64,000 nucleotides of DNA from Rhizaria sp. SCN 62-66 (lineage: Eukaryota). The translations under genes were made by a program, and so were the position numbers. The notes beneath the pieces were generated by a model. The model made no database searches. It was not told the origin of the DNA and saw only the letters and a program-made list of their open reading frames with translations. The stretch lies in assembly GCA_001724265.1 (NCBI GenBank), contig MEDY01000096.1, positions 1 to 64,000 of the forward strand. Direction: 5' to 3'. Every line of letters begins with the position of its first letter. The first letter of the stretch is position 1. Shown here in pieces: positions 1 to 13,313 of the stretch.

Positions 1-646
1 GAGATATATGATGTTTATATGTAAGGATACCAAGGAATATGCTCAATTATGCTGTATATCGAAGACTGTATTGAAGGGAAATAAAAATTAAGTTTGTACG
101 TACTTTCCAAGAGGGATTGCCAATAACGTAAGATGACGTGAGACCGATTGGTGGCGACCTGACTGTGAGTGAGCGACCTCGATATCTGCAATCATTGCTC
201 AGTATGTGCCTCTCCGTCAAAAGAGAAACCGTTCACACAATGATAACCTTCGAGTGCTTTCTACATATAATTTCAATTAGAATATCTCAAGTTGTCGTTT
301 AGGTGCTTTACGCGCTCCTTCATCAAGCCACGAGGCAGCTCTTACTGACCCGCCAACGACTTCTCCCGATCGCTGCCAGAGCTCATTCATGTCACACCTA
401 AGCTCTATAACGACGCCCACCCCTTTTACTCTTGAATTTACAATGCGAAATTGCGTGTCTTTTGTCTCCCCACTTTGTTTCACTACAGAGCCGCGTTTCG
501 CCAAGGCCACACGCGCTCCCCACTCCAACGTTTCATCTCTTTAACAGCACTGCTGTCTGGCACAGCCCACATTCCCACAGCACAGCACATCGCGGCCGCA
601 CACTCTTACCCACACAAACTCCGCGTACCGGCGCGCGCGGCGGACG

Positions 647-3600
647 ATGGGAGCCTGCAATAGCGCCCCCTGCGCCCGCAAACCCGGCCCCGACACGGGC
701 CCCGGCCCAGGTGGCTCCGGCGCTGTGAAGGGCCGCGGCAGGGGCAAGGGCCGGGATAAGGGCCGAGGCACGGCGGGCGACGGCAGCCGCGAACAGCCCC
801 AGCTTTACGGCGACTCGAGTCCGGTCGAAATCGCACTTGAACCGTCGTCTAAGGGGCAGGGACACTTAGATCGGGACGATAGCAGCCCGCTGCCGCAGTC
901 GCTGACGGCCTTCACTGGGGAGGACGATACGACAACCTCTACTGTGCCAGCCACGGCCACGGCGACGGTGACGGCGACGGATACGGTGCCTGCGACGACG
1001 AGCGCGAGTGCGGCCGAGATTGCCAATAGTAACTCACAGTCGCAGACACAGTGGCAGTCGCAGTTTGAGCCGGAGAAGCCTGCCGAGCCCCCCAAGCGCA
1101 AGGGCGGCTGGTTTCGCTCTCTGTTCAAGTCCAAAGACAAAAGCAAGGACAAGGGCAAAGCCACTGAGAAAGGCAATGATAAGGGTAACGCTGACAAGAA
1201 CAACGGTAACGGCAACGACGCCAAGAAGACTGACAGGGACGACAAGTCTGGCCGCTATCGCCACGATTCCGCGCTGGATGGCGATGCAGGCGCGACACGT
1301 GACCGTGAGCACAGCGGTGGCGGCGCCTCCGAAGGTCAGTTGGACAACCACAACACGTTCACCCTGACAGAGGACGGTGGCTTTACTTCGCCGTCGTCGG
1401 GCGGCCTAACTTTGATCCGCCCCCCCAACACACTCAGCGGCCTCGCTCTGTCCGCCACGAACACCAACACCGACACCGTCTCTGGCACTGCCACGGGCAC
1501 TGGCGCTGGTTCTCGCAACACGCCCGGCGGTGATGCAGACTCCGACGCTGCCTCACGGTCTCCGTCACAGCCAAAGTCGCGGTCGCGCTCACAGTTAGAA
1601 TCAGGAGAAGACACGCTCTCTCAGTCCGGTGACTTGTTGTCGCCTCCGGTGCCAATGCTACATTCGCTTCTCGCGCCGCCGCCGTCGCTGTTGTTGGCTG
1701 GGGTGCCGGCGTCTCTGCGCGCGCAGTCGCCCGCCGCGAGGCCCACCGCGTCGCAGTCCAAGCGGCAGCGGCGGCCACAGCAGCAGTCAGATGGCGAGAG
1801 TGTTGGCGACTCGACTGAGGAGGACGGCGTTGTTGCAAGCGCGAACGCGCTTACGAGCACCACTGACTCCACTGATGCAACTGGTGACGCTCATGGTGGT
1901 TTCCAGCTTGTGTCTCCGCTCTCGGCGCAGCTGCCACCTCGAACTCGCCCCGGCTCGGGCTCAGGCTTTGGCCACGGCTCAGCCTCTGGCTTTGGCCCTG
2001 GCTCAGGCCTCGGTGCTCCTGCGGGAGGACGGAGACTGCGGCCGCGGCCGCGGCAGTCGCTGTCGCCAGTTCACCACTCCGTCTCGGCCTCAGCTCTAAA
2101 CGATAACAACATGAAATACGATGGCGACGACGACGACGCCAGCAACGGCAACAACACCGACTCGCAGAGCGACGACGACGACGACGACGGCAGTGGCAGC
2201 ATTGCCGGCGGTCGACAGCGCCAGCCGCGCCCCCGCACCCGCAACGGCGGCGACAGCGGCCACACGAGTCGCAACAGCCACAACCCTCACTCCGCACTGC
2301 TGCACACGTCGCGCTCGATGCCGCCCGTGGTGCCGCCGCGCCGCGGCTCCCGGGCGCGGCCGGACGTGTTTGGCACTGGCAACGCCAGCTACAGCGACAC
2401 CACCACCAACAGCAGCGACGACAACAATGCCAACAGTGCCAGCGATGCCAACAACGCGAGCGCCGATGACGCTGAAGCTGGCGGCAAGGGGCCCAAGACT
2501 GGCGCTGCAGCGAAAAGCAGCGACGACGGAAGCGACAGTGCCAGCGACAGTGGCGATGACGACGATGACGGAAATGGCGATGAGAGCGGTGCAGCCGTGG
2601 GCACTTACATGTCCGCATCTAAGGGGGGAAGCAAGGGGGACGAGCGGTCGGTTTCGCGCTCACAGTCACTCTCATTCTCTCCATCGCAGTCGCAGCTTCA
2701 GGCGCAAACCCCGCAGCAACAACAGCAGCAGCAGCTGCAGCGGCCGCCGCGCCCGCTGCCAGCGCGCCCGCCACGACACCCTGCTGCCGCGACTACAAGC
2801 ACTCGCACTACTAGCGCAGCAGCACAGCAAACGCATACGAAGCCTGGCAGTGCTGTGCCCGTGGCCAGGCCGCCGCGGCCGCAGTCGCCGCCGTCCTCGT
2901 CGCAGCTGCGCGCATAGCAACAACAACAACAACAACAACAACAACTGCAACAACAACAGGCGCAGTCGCTGTCTCCGCCGCAGTTGCGCACTGCTGCTCA
3001 CGCACATGCCGCTCACGGTCACTCCGCTCATGGTCACTCGATCCCCTTTGCGAACCTCACCTCGGCGAGACCGCTAGTGACCGTGGGCAACGCGACCGTG
3101 AGTACCACGGGCACCCTGGCAAACAACAACAGCAGCAGCAGTGCAGGCAGCACGGTCACCAGTACCGACTCCGGCTCGCTGCCCCCGGCGGCGCACTCGC
3201 TGGCCCGTACATCCTCTATCAGCGCTCACCTAAGTGCCCATGACCGCGCACTGCTCCTTGCGTCGCCCCACTTGGATGATGACGGCGCTGCGTCTCAGGG
3301 TGCTCAGTCGGGATCTAAGGGCCACTTACGCGCGGCCGCGCGCGCCTTCCGCCGCGCCAGCCGCGCGCGCGGCGGCCACTCGCCGCTGCCCCGCCTGCGC
3401 AGTTACGCCTTCCCCCCCGCGGTGCCGCCCGTCACGCAACGCCAGCACTAGCAGCAGCACTACCGCCGCTACGCCGAACAACAGCAGCAGAAACATCAGC
3501 TCCAGTTCCAGCAGCGGCGCAACGGCAGCGGCAAGCCCCGCCGCGCCGCGCCGCCGCCGCCGCCGCCGCCGCTGCCGCCGCCGTGTCTGTTCACGTTCCA

Positions 3601-4768
3601 GGTGCGCACAGTCACCTCTCCGGCCTTTGCTGAGGCGCAGCGGGACAAGCTCAAGGACGTCCGCGACCGGCTGGAGGCCGCGCGGCTGTTTCGCGGGCAG
3701 CCGCAGCACCACGCGTTCGGCGTCCTCACCGCCTCACAGACGCAGTCGCCTCCGCAGCCGCAGTCGAGGCCGCAGTTGCAGCCGCAGCAGTCCAGGGGCA
3801 GTGCGGGCGCGGAGGCCGCGTTCGCCGCGGCGCTAGCCGCGACCGCGCTGGGCTTCGCTGCCAACGGCGGCCACTCGGACAGCGAGGACGACGTGGTGGC
3901 GCTGCTGCCGGGCACGGCGCTGCCGATCCCGCAGGCCGCGGTGCTGGCCGCCACGGGTGCGCTGGTCTCGCAGCCCGCAGACAAGCTATCTACCCCCGCA
4001 AAGAGTAAGAGCGGCAAGGCTTCCGGTGCAGCTGGCAATGGGCTGAGTCTCCCTGTCTCTGCGACTGCGTCTGGCGCTGGCGCTGGCGCTGGCGCTGGCG
4101 CGACAAATGACCGCGGGTTTGCTACCCCGCAGCGTGGCGGTCCGCAGCGCAGCGGGCTGGCGGCGTCGTCGTGCCCCATCGACCCGCGCGCGTTCGCGCA
4201 GCCTGGCCACAGTGCCGCCGCCGCCGCCGCCGCTGCTGCAAGCAGCCACAATAGCAACCACGGCCACGGCTATAGCATGCATCCGCAGCATCAGTACCCG
4301 CAGCAGCAGCAGCAGCAGCAGCAGCAGTACTTGCATGACATGCGCTCACAATCGCCTCGCATCCCCGACCGGCCGTCGCAGCGGCGCATGAGTGCCCCTT
4401 ACACCGACCCGTCTAAGGGCGGCCCGGGCCCTTACATGCACCTGCATGCGCACACACAGCCCCAGTCCGTGTCAAAGTCGAGGTTGCCGGTGCTGCCGGC
4501 ACCAACCGTTATTTCCCCCGCGGTCTCGTTCAGCAACAATAACTCTCATTTCCACCACACCTCGTACTCTGGTCACCCCGCGACAGCCCACGGTCACCTC
4601 GCCGCCCACGGTTACTCCGCCCACGGTCACCCGTCGCCCTTCGCCGCGACTGCACCTGCGCCCACGCCTGCGCCCACGGGCGCGTTCATGGTTACCAGCG
4701 TCGTGTCCCCCCAGTCTCCCTCGGCCGGCCGCATCCGCAGCGCGCGCAACAACAACACCAACAACAGC

Positions 4769-4829
<61 letters not shown>

Positions 4830-7800
4830 GCAATACTGGCAATTACAATGGCAATATGTATTCCCCGCATCGTACGGCGCCCTTACCCATTACGGCAAGT
4901 CTTAGCAGCTCAGTGCTGCCCCCGCCCCCGACTCTCCTCGCCGGCGGCCTAACCTCCGGCGTTGGCGGCTTGACTTTTGCTTCCCCTGCGAACGCGTCTC
5001 TTGCAGCCGCCAGCGGGCTCGGCCTCGGTCTCATGTCCCCCGCCGCGGTCGCTCACAGTCACTCTGCTCACGGTCACTCTGCTCACAGTCACTCGGCGAT
5101 TGCGGCGGGATTGATCTTGTCGCCACTGCAGGGCGGCTACAGCGCGGGTATGTACGTCGCGCCCGCGCCGGTGCGCTCGGCGCCCGCGCAGAGGCACTCG
5201 CGCGCCGGCGGCACCAACAGAGGGAGTGCGAATCACCCTGTGGCCGCGAACGATCGCATGAACACGGGCAGCTCTGTTGCAGGCGAGTCAACTTTTGACC
5301 GCGAGCGCGAAGGCAAAGCGACGCAGCAGCAACAGCACCCACAACAACCGCATCAGCCTCAGCAGCAGCAGCAGCAGCAGCCGCAGCGGCAGCCGCAGTC
5401 TCAGTCGCCTGCGCTGTCGGCTTTGTCGTTCGCGTCTTCCGGCTCGCCGTCGCCGTCCCGCCGCGCCCACAGTCACTCCATGCCCCCCGCAACCCCCACT
5501 GGAACTGTCGCTGGCGCTGTGTTTGTTCCTAGTACCGGCGCTCTCAGCCCACAACAGCAGCAGCAGCGCCTGTTGCGCTCGCAGTCGCCCGTTGTTGGCG
5601 TTCTGCATGCGCGCTCGCACTCGCCCGCCCCGGCCTTGCTGCGCTCGCAGTCGCCGGGCCAGCCGACGGGACAGTCGCCCGCTCCGCTGCGCGCACAGTC
5701 GCTGGGCTTCGTGCTCAGCCCTGGCCGCGCACAAGCCAGCGGGACCAGCAGCAGCAGCCCCGGCATTAACCCTGTTAGCTGGCCCACGAACCCAGACTTT
5801 GCCACTGACGCTAACGCCAACGCTAACATCGCCACCGCCGCCGCTTCAGCTGCTATGATACCGCCGCTCACCGACCCCAGTCCGATCGGCGTAGTGCTCA
5901 GCGGCGGCGCGACTGCCGACGGCGACGTCGCTCTGTCGTCACCCGCCGGCCGCCGCACCGCCAGCGCGGCCCGCGCGCGCACGTTGCCGCAGTCTTTCTT
6001 CGCACCTCTACTCACGGCCGCCTCCGCGCATCCCGCGCACACTGCAGAGCAGGCCGGCGGAGCGGCCGCGGTGCGCAGTCACGGTGACGGCAGTCCGGGC
6101 GTGTCCCAGGGAGCGACGGGCAGCAGTGTGCTCACGCCGCCGCTGCCCATGTCGCCACAGCAGCAACATCAATACCAGTTGCAGCAACAGTATCAGCAGC
6201 ACATGCAGCAGCAACTGCAGCAGCAGCAGCACATGCAGCAGCAGGAGGGCTATAGCGCGAGCGGTAGAACGGTGTCGTTCGCCCCCGTTGTTGCAGCCCT
6301 TGCTGGTGTCGCCACCAGCTCCACTGCAAGCGCCAGCGCCAGCGCCAGCGGAAGCGCACGTGCTGATGTTGGCGCTGACGCCAGCGCTAGCGCTGTGGTC
6401 AACTCCACCTCTGTTCCCGACAGCCCCGCGGTGCGGGGAGACGGCGGGGTACTTACATTCGCCGCCGTCGTTGGCGATGGGGTACTTACACCGCTCCACC
6501 CCGTGCGCTCCTCGACGCCGCCTGTAAGGGTCGGCACGCCGCTGGGGGTGCTTACACCCGTCGGAGCCCTTACGCCGGGCCGGGCGCTCGGCGTGAGCGT
6601 GCGCGTGCAGACCCCCGAGCTGGGGTACTTGCAACTGGCGACCCCGCTCGCCGCGACTGAGGCCGGCACGCACTGGATGTCTCCGCGCGCCGCCGGCGCC
6701 GCTCACGACTTCACTAGCAGCACCCAACACGCCGCCGTGAACGTGCACGGGGGCAGCAACGCGAGCGCGAGCGATGGTGACAGCAGCAGGGTCAGTGCCG
6801 AGAGAGCTCCTGCGACTGCCGCCGTCGCTCGCAGTCAAGCTCCTCCCAGTGATCGCGAGCAGCAGCAGAGCGCGGGTGACCGTGGGCAGTCCACCGGTGA
6901 CTGTGAGCCGTCCGCTGGTGACCGTGGGCAGGCTGTTATGGGTGACCGTGTTGCAGTGTATGCCACGGACACGGACACTGGCGAGAGAGTGCTCGTCGGG
7001 CTGGTTTCGCCGACGACTGTCAACACTACGAATAACAACAACAGCAGCAATAGCAGCAACGACAACACCGCGGGCACGCATGTCAGCAGCCCCGGGGCTG
7101 CCAATACCAGCGCCGATAAGGCCAGAAACAGCAACGAGAATAATACCTATTACAATGACAACAACGCTGATGGCGATAGCGTAAGCGTGAGTAGTGTCGA
7201 TGTTTCCGACACTGACTTCAACATCGACAATGCTGCTCAGGAGCAGCAGCAGCAACAGCAGCAACTGAGTCCAAGTACCCCCTTAGATGCTGCGCAGGTG
7301 CAGTCGATTCTTTCGCCAGCACACAACTCGCTAATCATGCCCACTCCGAATCAAACTCAAGCCGCGCCAAATCAAGAGCGTGCCACCGGCGCTCAAAGTC
7401 AAGCCACCTCTAACAATAGGGTCACTCTGCCCAGAACTGAGGGTTTCATGACTGCATCGTTGGAGCTCGAGGCAGAAAGTCAAGCCGCGTGGTTACGCAC
7501 GATCATGCGTCCGGAGGGTCACCAGCTGTCGTCCCCGCCGTCTCACTCGCGCTCCCACTCACAGTCGCTGACACAGTCGCAGCCCCAGTCGCAGGCGCAC
7601 TCGCTCGCGCAGTCGCAAGCGGCGCCCATGACCGCGGCCGCGCTGGTTGCCGCCATGACCGCTGCGATGACCTCGCCGTCGACCCCCATCTCGCCCGCCC
7701 CCGCGACCGCCGCGACGGCGACCCCCGCGACGGTGACGCTCACTGCGGCTGCGGCGGCGGCTGCTGCTGTATTGGTTGCAACTGCGCCCGCAACTGCGCC

Positions 7801-10800
7801 GAGTATGGTAACGAGCGTGGTGCCCGTGACGCCCGTGGCGGCGTTCAGTGCGCACGTCTTTGAGAGAAGCCAGACTAGCAGCAGTGGCGGCGGCCGCGAC
7901 CGCAGCAGCGCTGACTACTGCTCCGGCGGCCCTGTCAACGACGCCGCGCACGCTGGCCAGGCTCATGCGCTCTCACCCGCAGCTGCTTACGGTCGCTTTG
8001 TCGTTAGCTCTGACGAGCTAGACGGTGGGCTAGATGCGAATCGGTCGCTGTCGCCGATGCAGCCTCTCCAGTTTCTGCAGTCGTCGGCGGACCTGGAGGT
8101 GAGGCTGCTCTCACCCACCTCGCCGCCTCCGGCGCAACCGCGGCAGCTGTTGCAGCAACAGGTGCAATCACAGAGCGACGCTGTGGCGCCGAGAGCGCAC
8201 GCCAGCATTGACACCGGCGCGAGCGCAGACACTCAGACTTTTAGCTCCAGTGCTGACGGCGGTGTTCACTCTAACGTGAGCCCTTATGCGAGCGGCAGAG
8301 TCAACACCGACGAGTCTCAGGTGCGTGTGACTGCTACTGCCCCCTTAGACAGCAACGGTGACGTAAGTGCCTGCCTGGCCCACGCCAGTACCGGAAGCAT
8401 GCCGGAGTATGACGAAGACGATGTGGAGATTGTCAGCGGCAGCTCACAGGCGTCGGCTGGTCCGAGTAACGCCTCGAACAACGCCACTGATGTCAGTCAA
8501 GGTGCGCCCCAGCCACAGTCGCCGCCTCAGTCGCCGTACCAGTCTCGGCAACGCACAGTAGCTGCCTCAGGTGACAGCCGGACTCCCACTCACAGTCAGC
8601 CGTCTCCCAGCGTCGATCGCCCTGCACGCTCGAACGCGGCTGAAACTGAGACAGCGCAGGGCGCTCTTGCTAGCGGTGGCGACGACAACGACGAAGCTGC
8701 GATGCTGGCTGCCGCGGGCGTGTTTGTGCGCGACTTGGCTCAGTTTCCGCGCGGTGCATCCATGTCTCCGGCGTTCGCGAGCAAACTCGCTCGCGACAGC
8801 CAGCGCATTGACGACGACGACGGCGCAGTCGAGAATGCCGACGCGAACACGACGAACATTGCCCATATGAGAGACAACCAGGGCCAACAGCAGCGAAACA
8901 ACTCAGGCTCGAGGGTCGACGTTTGCGCTGACCGTAGTATCGTCAAGGGGACTGTGTCCAGTGGCGGGTCTGATGGCGTAAGTACCCCCTTAGTGCACAC
9001 GGTTGCGATCAAGAATCTGGATGACCCGCGCGAAGACACCACGTACTCGTTCCTGTCACCTGCCGCGCTCGCCACGCTTGCGAACAACGCCAACGCGAAG
9101 AACTGCTCTGAGAACATGAGCGGCTATAGCAGCAATCGCGCTGTGAGCGCCCCTGAAGTCAATGCTGGCTTGGAGGACTTGAGCGGAGTTATGGGCTCCG
9201 AGTATCGCGCTGAGGAGCAACCCCATCAGCAGCAACAGTCGCAGCAGGTTGACTTGACGCGCCAGCCCTTAGACTCCCCGCCGTACAGCAAGCTGCCGTC
9301 GAATGGCCCCGCATCCCCTGTTCTGAACACCCGTGGTCGTCCGACGCAGCTGCAGCCACACCAGTCGCCGCACGCCCCACCGCCGCACGCGCCGCGTGAC
9401 GTGAGTCTGGAGGCGCGGCGGCGCGCGCAGGAGAGCCGGCGGCTGGGCGAGCAGCGCCGCGCGGACGTGCTTATCGGCCATGAACGTCAGCAGCGCCAAC
9501 AGCAACAACAACAGCATCAACAGCTATTGCAGCAGCAGCAGCAGCAACGCCAAGAGCGAGGTGATCACGGAGGGCACCCAGATGGCGGGAGTAACAGCGC
9601 GTTTAGCACGCCTTCTAAGCACTACCGCAGCGGCACTCGCTCCAGCGACGCCGGTCAACATCACGCCGCTGGCGCGCCGCGCGAGACCCCGTCCCGGTCT
9701 AAGGGCCCCTTAGACGGCGAGATGGATCCCTGGGAGGCGCACGCGGCGCACAGGCCCGGGTGGGTCCCGGGCTCTGTGCGCCGCACTCGCCGTGACTCGT
9801 GTGCTTTCGGTAGCGACGCCAGCAATGAGGGCGACTTGCTACTGCCAACGGGCGTGTCCCATACACACATCCACAGTCAGAGCCAAATCCAGAGTCTCAA
9901 TCAGAGTGAGGGCCAGAGCGCTGCCGCGCGCAACAGGGACAGGAGCCTGAGCCGGAGCCACTACCGCTACAACGGCAACGACGACGACTATGACGGCAAT
10001 CAGAACGTCAACGGCACCGCCCACGGGCACAGCGGCGCAATCACGTTCCCGCCGTCACTCTCCGCCAACCCGAGCGACACGACCCTGAGCGGCGACTCTG
10101 CTTCTGCGCCCGTTGACCCCGCAGTGGCCGCAGAGGCGGCTGTGAGCGCCATTGCAGCGGCCGCGGTTGCCGCGGTGCAGCGGGGGCTTTTGCATAGCTC
10201 CGGCGCGAATGCCGATGCTTCTGCAGTGAATTCGAGGGTTTTGCCGCAGTCGCACAGCGATCCCACGGACGTTAGCGCTTACAACAATACCGCGGCCCAC
10301 GCCGTTGATCGGACGTCGATTCGCCGCATTCTCTCGCGCGGGAATCTAAGTACTCCCTTACACCCCGCACTCCCTGGCTCGCACTCGGTGCCGACGGTGA
10401 TGCCCTCAAGCGTCAATACGAGCAACACTTATAATGGAAACAGCGCTGCCACTGCAAGTGCCTCTGCAGCAGTGAGCACCCCAGCAAAGCCCCGTGTCAG
10501 CGCAGGGTCTGACCGCGCGCGCGCCTACCTGGCGGCGCGCGACGCGGAAAACACGGCCGCCATTGCCAGGGCGGCCGCTGCGGCTGCTGCAGAGGCTGCA
10601 GCACCTGTTGTTGCCGCCGTAGAGTTTGGTGCTGCTGATGGAGATGATGGAGCTCACCGGGGTCGCACGCATTCGAACTCATTTACCGAATCAAATGTGA
10701 ACAACAACCACGGTACTGATCGCGAGGCTCGTGGTATCGCGTTTGACGAAGAGGAAGACGCGGTTGAGGAGGACAACGACGAGAGCGTGATGGTTGTGAC

Positions 10801-12823
10801 TGGACCTGCAACTGTGACGAGACTTGCCCCGCACAGTTACAACAACGCACGAGATCACAACTACGATGGCGCTCGCCGGAGCTCCCCAGCTGCTGCGTCT
10901 GGTCCGACGCGCTCAGTGCACCGCAAGCAGCAGCGTGGTAGCGGAGCTGTTTCGACGCCATCCGCAGTGCCAATGATGCCGTCGTCGAGTCTCGCATTCA
11001 CGTTCACACCGACTGGCGCTGGCGACAAAAGGGCTCACATGTCACGCGATATCATTAACTTCAACTTGACCCGTGGCCATGCATCCGGAAGCGCAGCAGC
11101 GCCTGCAACGCAGCGTGCCGATAGTGACGCTACTGACGATCTCAGTACTCCGATGAAGTCTAAGCGCAGTGTCATCGGCGGCGCCCCCGCGCCTCGAGTC
11201 AGCTTCTCCCCCACGGTCGCTTCCGACCCACAGCCGCTCGTTGCGAACCCGCAGGTGTTAGCAACGGACTCGCTGTTGCCGACCAGCGACTCACAGCCGC
11301 GCACTCAGCTTGCGCCTCCAGTCGCCGCTGTTGCGACTGGCGATGCCGGCGTTGAGTTCATCCGCAAAGACGGCGGTATTATTGGCGCCAGTCTCAGCGC
11401 GAGCGTGAGCGTGACTGGGAGCGAGTCCAAGGGTGAGTCCGAGGACGGGGCCGTGCCACCGTCGAAGGCTGAGGGCTTGCTGAAGCCTGACGACGAGCTC
11501 ACGTCGCCCTACGTCTACGGCTACGACCACTCAACTCCCGCGTTCAAGCAGCACCAGCAGCACGGCTACTCGAGCAAAGATGGCAGCAAAACGGGACCGA
11601 TCACTCCCGGCGGCAGCGTAAGTACCCCCTTAGACTCCTCCGCGACGCCGCGGCGCCGCAAGTACATCCCGGCTGCCGTGTACCAGCAGGGCTCCGCGGC
11701 CGTGTACAAAGCGATCACTGGCACGTCGGGGACAGACTTCTACGGTCCCGACGGCGGCCCACGCATTGTCACGAGCAAGACAACGACGATCGTTGCCCCG
11801 AAGCAACCGCGCAAGTCGATCATGGGCGTGAACACGCCGTATAAGGCCGGCACTGCGCGCGTCAAGGACGGTGGTAAAAGTGGTGACTTTGCGCAACTCT
11901 CAGTAGCGCAACTGTCGCGCTCGCCGTCACGCGCACAGTCGCACTCACGGTCACGTACACAGCCACAGCTGCGGTTCCCCTCTCGAGGCCAGCTCGCACC
12001 GACTGTCACTGCGCCCACTGTGACTGCAACTCCGGCTGCGCCTGTTGTGACGATGGTGACGAGCGCAATGCACCCGAGTCTTGGTCCGGGGTCAAAGAGC
12101 GGCAAGCCGCACACTTATAGCAGCAGGGCTGCAGCCGCAACTGCGGCGCCGACGAACAGCAGTGCAACGCCTGTGAACAGCGCTCCGACCGCGATGAACG
12201 CACACGCAGCGAGCAAGTCTGGCGCGGGTGATCATGACGTCACTGGTGGTGACGGCGACTGGGACAATGGGGAGAATGAGCGCGAGTTGCTGCGGCTTCG
12301 ACGCTTGTTTAAGCACGTAGCCACTCGCCAGGCTGCTTTCGACGAACAAACTCAAGCCGCCGCTGCGAATCAAAATCAAGCCGCTCTCACTGCGGCGCGA
12401 AGTCCGATCAACAGTGATATTGCTAGCTTATCTGTTCCTGTCAACGCTACCAGCAATAACAGCAGCAACACGATTGTCACATGTGTTACCAGCAGCAGTC
12501 ACAGCCTGGGTTTGAGCGAGGCCGAGAGTCTTGCCGCGTTGCAAGCCATCATGCGCAGCGCCCTGTCCGGCGGTCACACCGGCACTAATCACGCCGGCGC
12601 GACTCTGGGCGCCGTCACCTGTGACGCGGTTGCTGATGTTGGTGTGAACAATGGTACAAGCGCTAGCGGCAGCAGTGGCGGCCTGTCGTGGGCGTACGCG
12701 CCGACGACGGCGGCGCAGCACGTCGCGACAACAAATGCGAACGCTAATGCTGCTGCGGCGGCGGCAGCGGCGACTAGCGGCGGTAGAGCACTCGGGATGG
12801 TTGTGAGCTTTGGGTCGCCGTAA
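647..12823 (+). CDS. Giant intronless low-complexity/disordered protein (~4058 aa if TAG is read as sense), N-terminal MGACNS acylation-type motif
   Basis: ORFs 647-2917, 2984-3451 and 3602-12823 share one frame and are separated only by single TAGs at 2915-2917 and 3449-3451. The sequence between them is open and coding-like (poly-Q, poly-P). It ends at TAA 12821-12823, followed by AT-rich 3' sequence. Confidence 0.75.
2915..2959 (+). repeat. (CAA)n poly-Gln tract headed by an in-frame TAG
   Basis: gca TAG (caa)9 ctg caa caa caa cag, in the frame of ORF 647. Confidence 0.9.
4748..4829 (+). repeat. (AAC)n microsatellite encoding poly-Asn
   Basis: Long, near-perfect AAC run inside the giant ORF. 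Confidence 0.95.
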
Positions 12824-13313
12824 TTGCAACCTGACGCATTTTTTTTAATGATGATTGTATATATAGATATTCACCAATAACGGAATGCAAGTGCATGGTA
12901 AAACAACGTTGCTTGTGTTACTGTTTTATTGATGAGTTTGCAACAACTATTTACTCTGTGTTATTTAGAACGTTGTACTTGTTTACCTACAATGAACACG
13001 AACAATAGATACGATTTCTTTTGTAGACAGTATTTGTAAAGGATAATTGTCAGGATTCCTTACCACTTGCATATCTAAGCAACCTACATTTTTTCAGCCC
13101 CGTCATGGTCACCATACCATGGTCACTCGTCAACGGACAGAAATCTTGTGTTGGTAGGATGTCCTCAGCCTGACCGTCAAGCGCTATAAGATAAAGCCAC
13201 GCCGCCTTAATCACTTACGTATATTTACATCCTTTAATTATATTGTTTGAAGTCCACGTCAAGTCCGGTTTTGCAGCCCGTTACTTGGTCTTGCTTAGAC
13301 CCGTTTTTGAACC

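Noticed and set aside
5051-6950. Regularly spaced short repeats as a CRISPR array
   Set aside because: They are degenerate 12-nt units inside a eukaryotic exon, with no spacers of proper length and no cas genes.
7273-11634. CCCTTAG/CTAAGGG motif as interstitial telomeric repeat
   Set aside because: It is not tandem and does not match TTAGGG-type repeats. It is treated as a dispersed hairpin motif instead.
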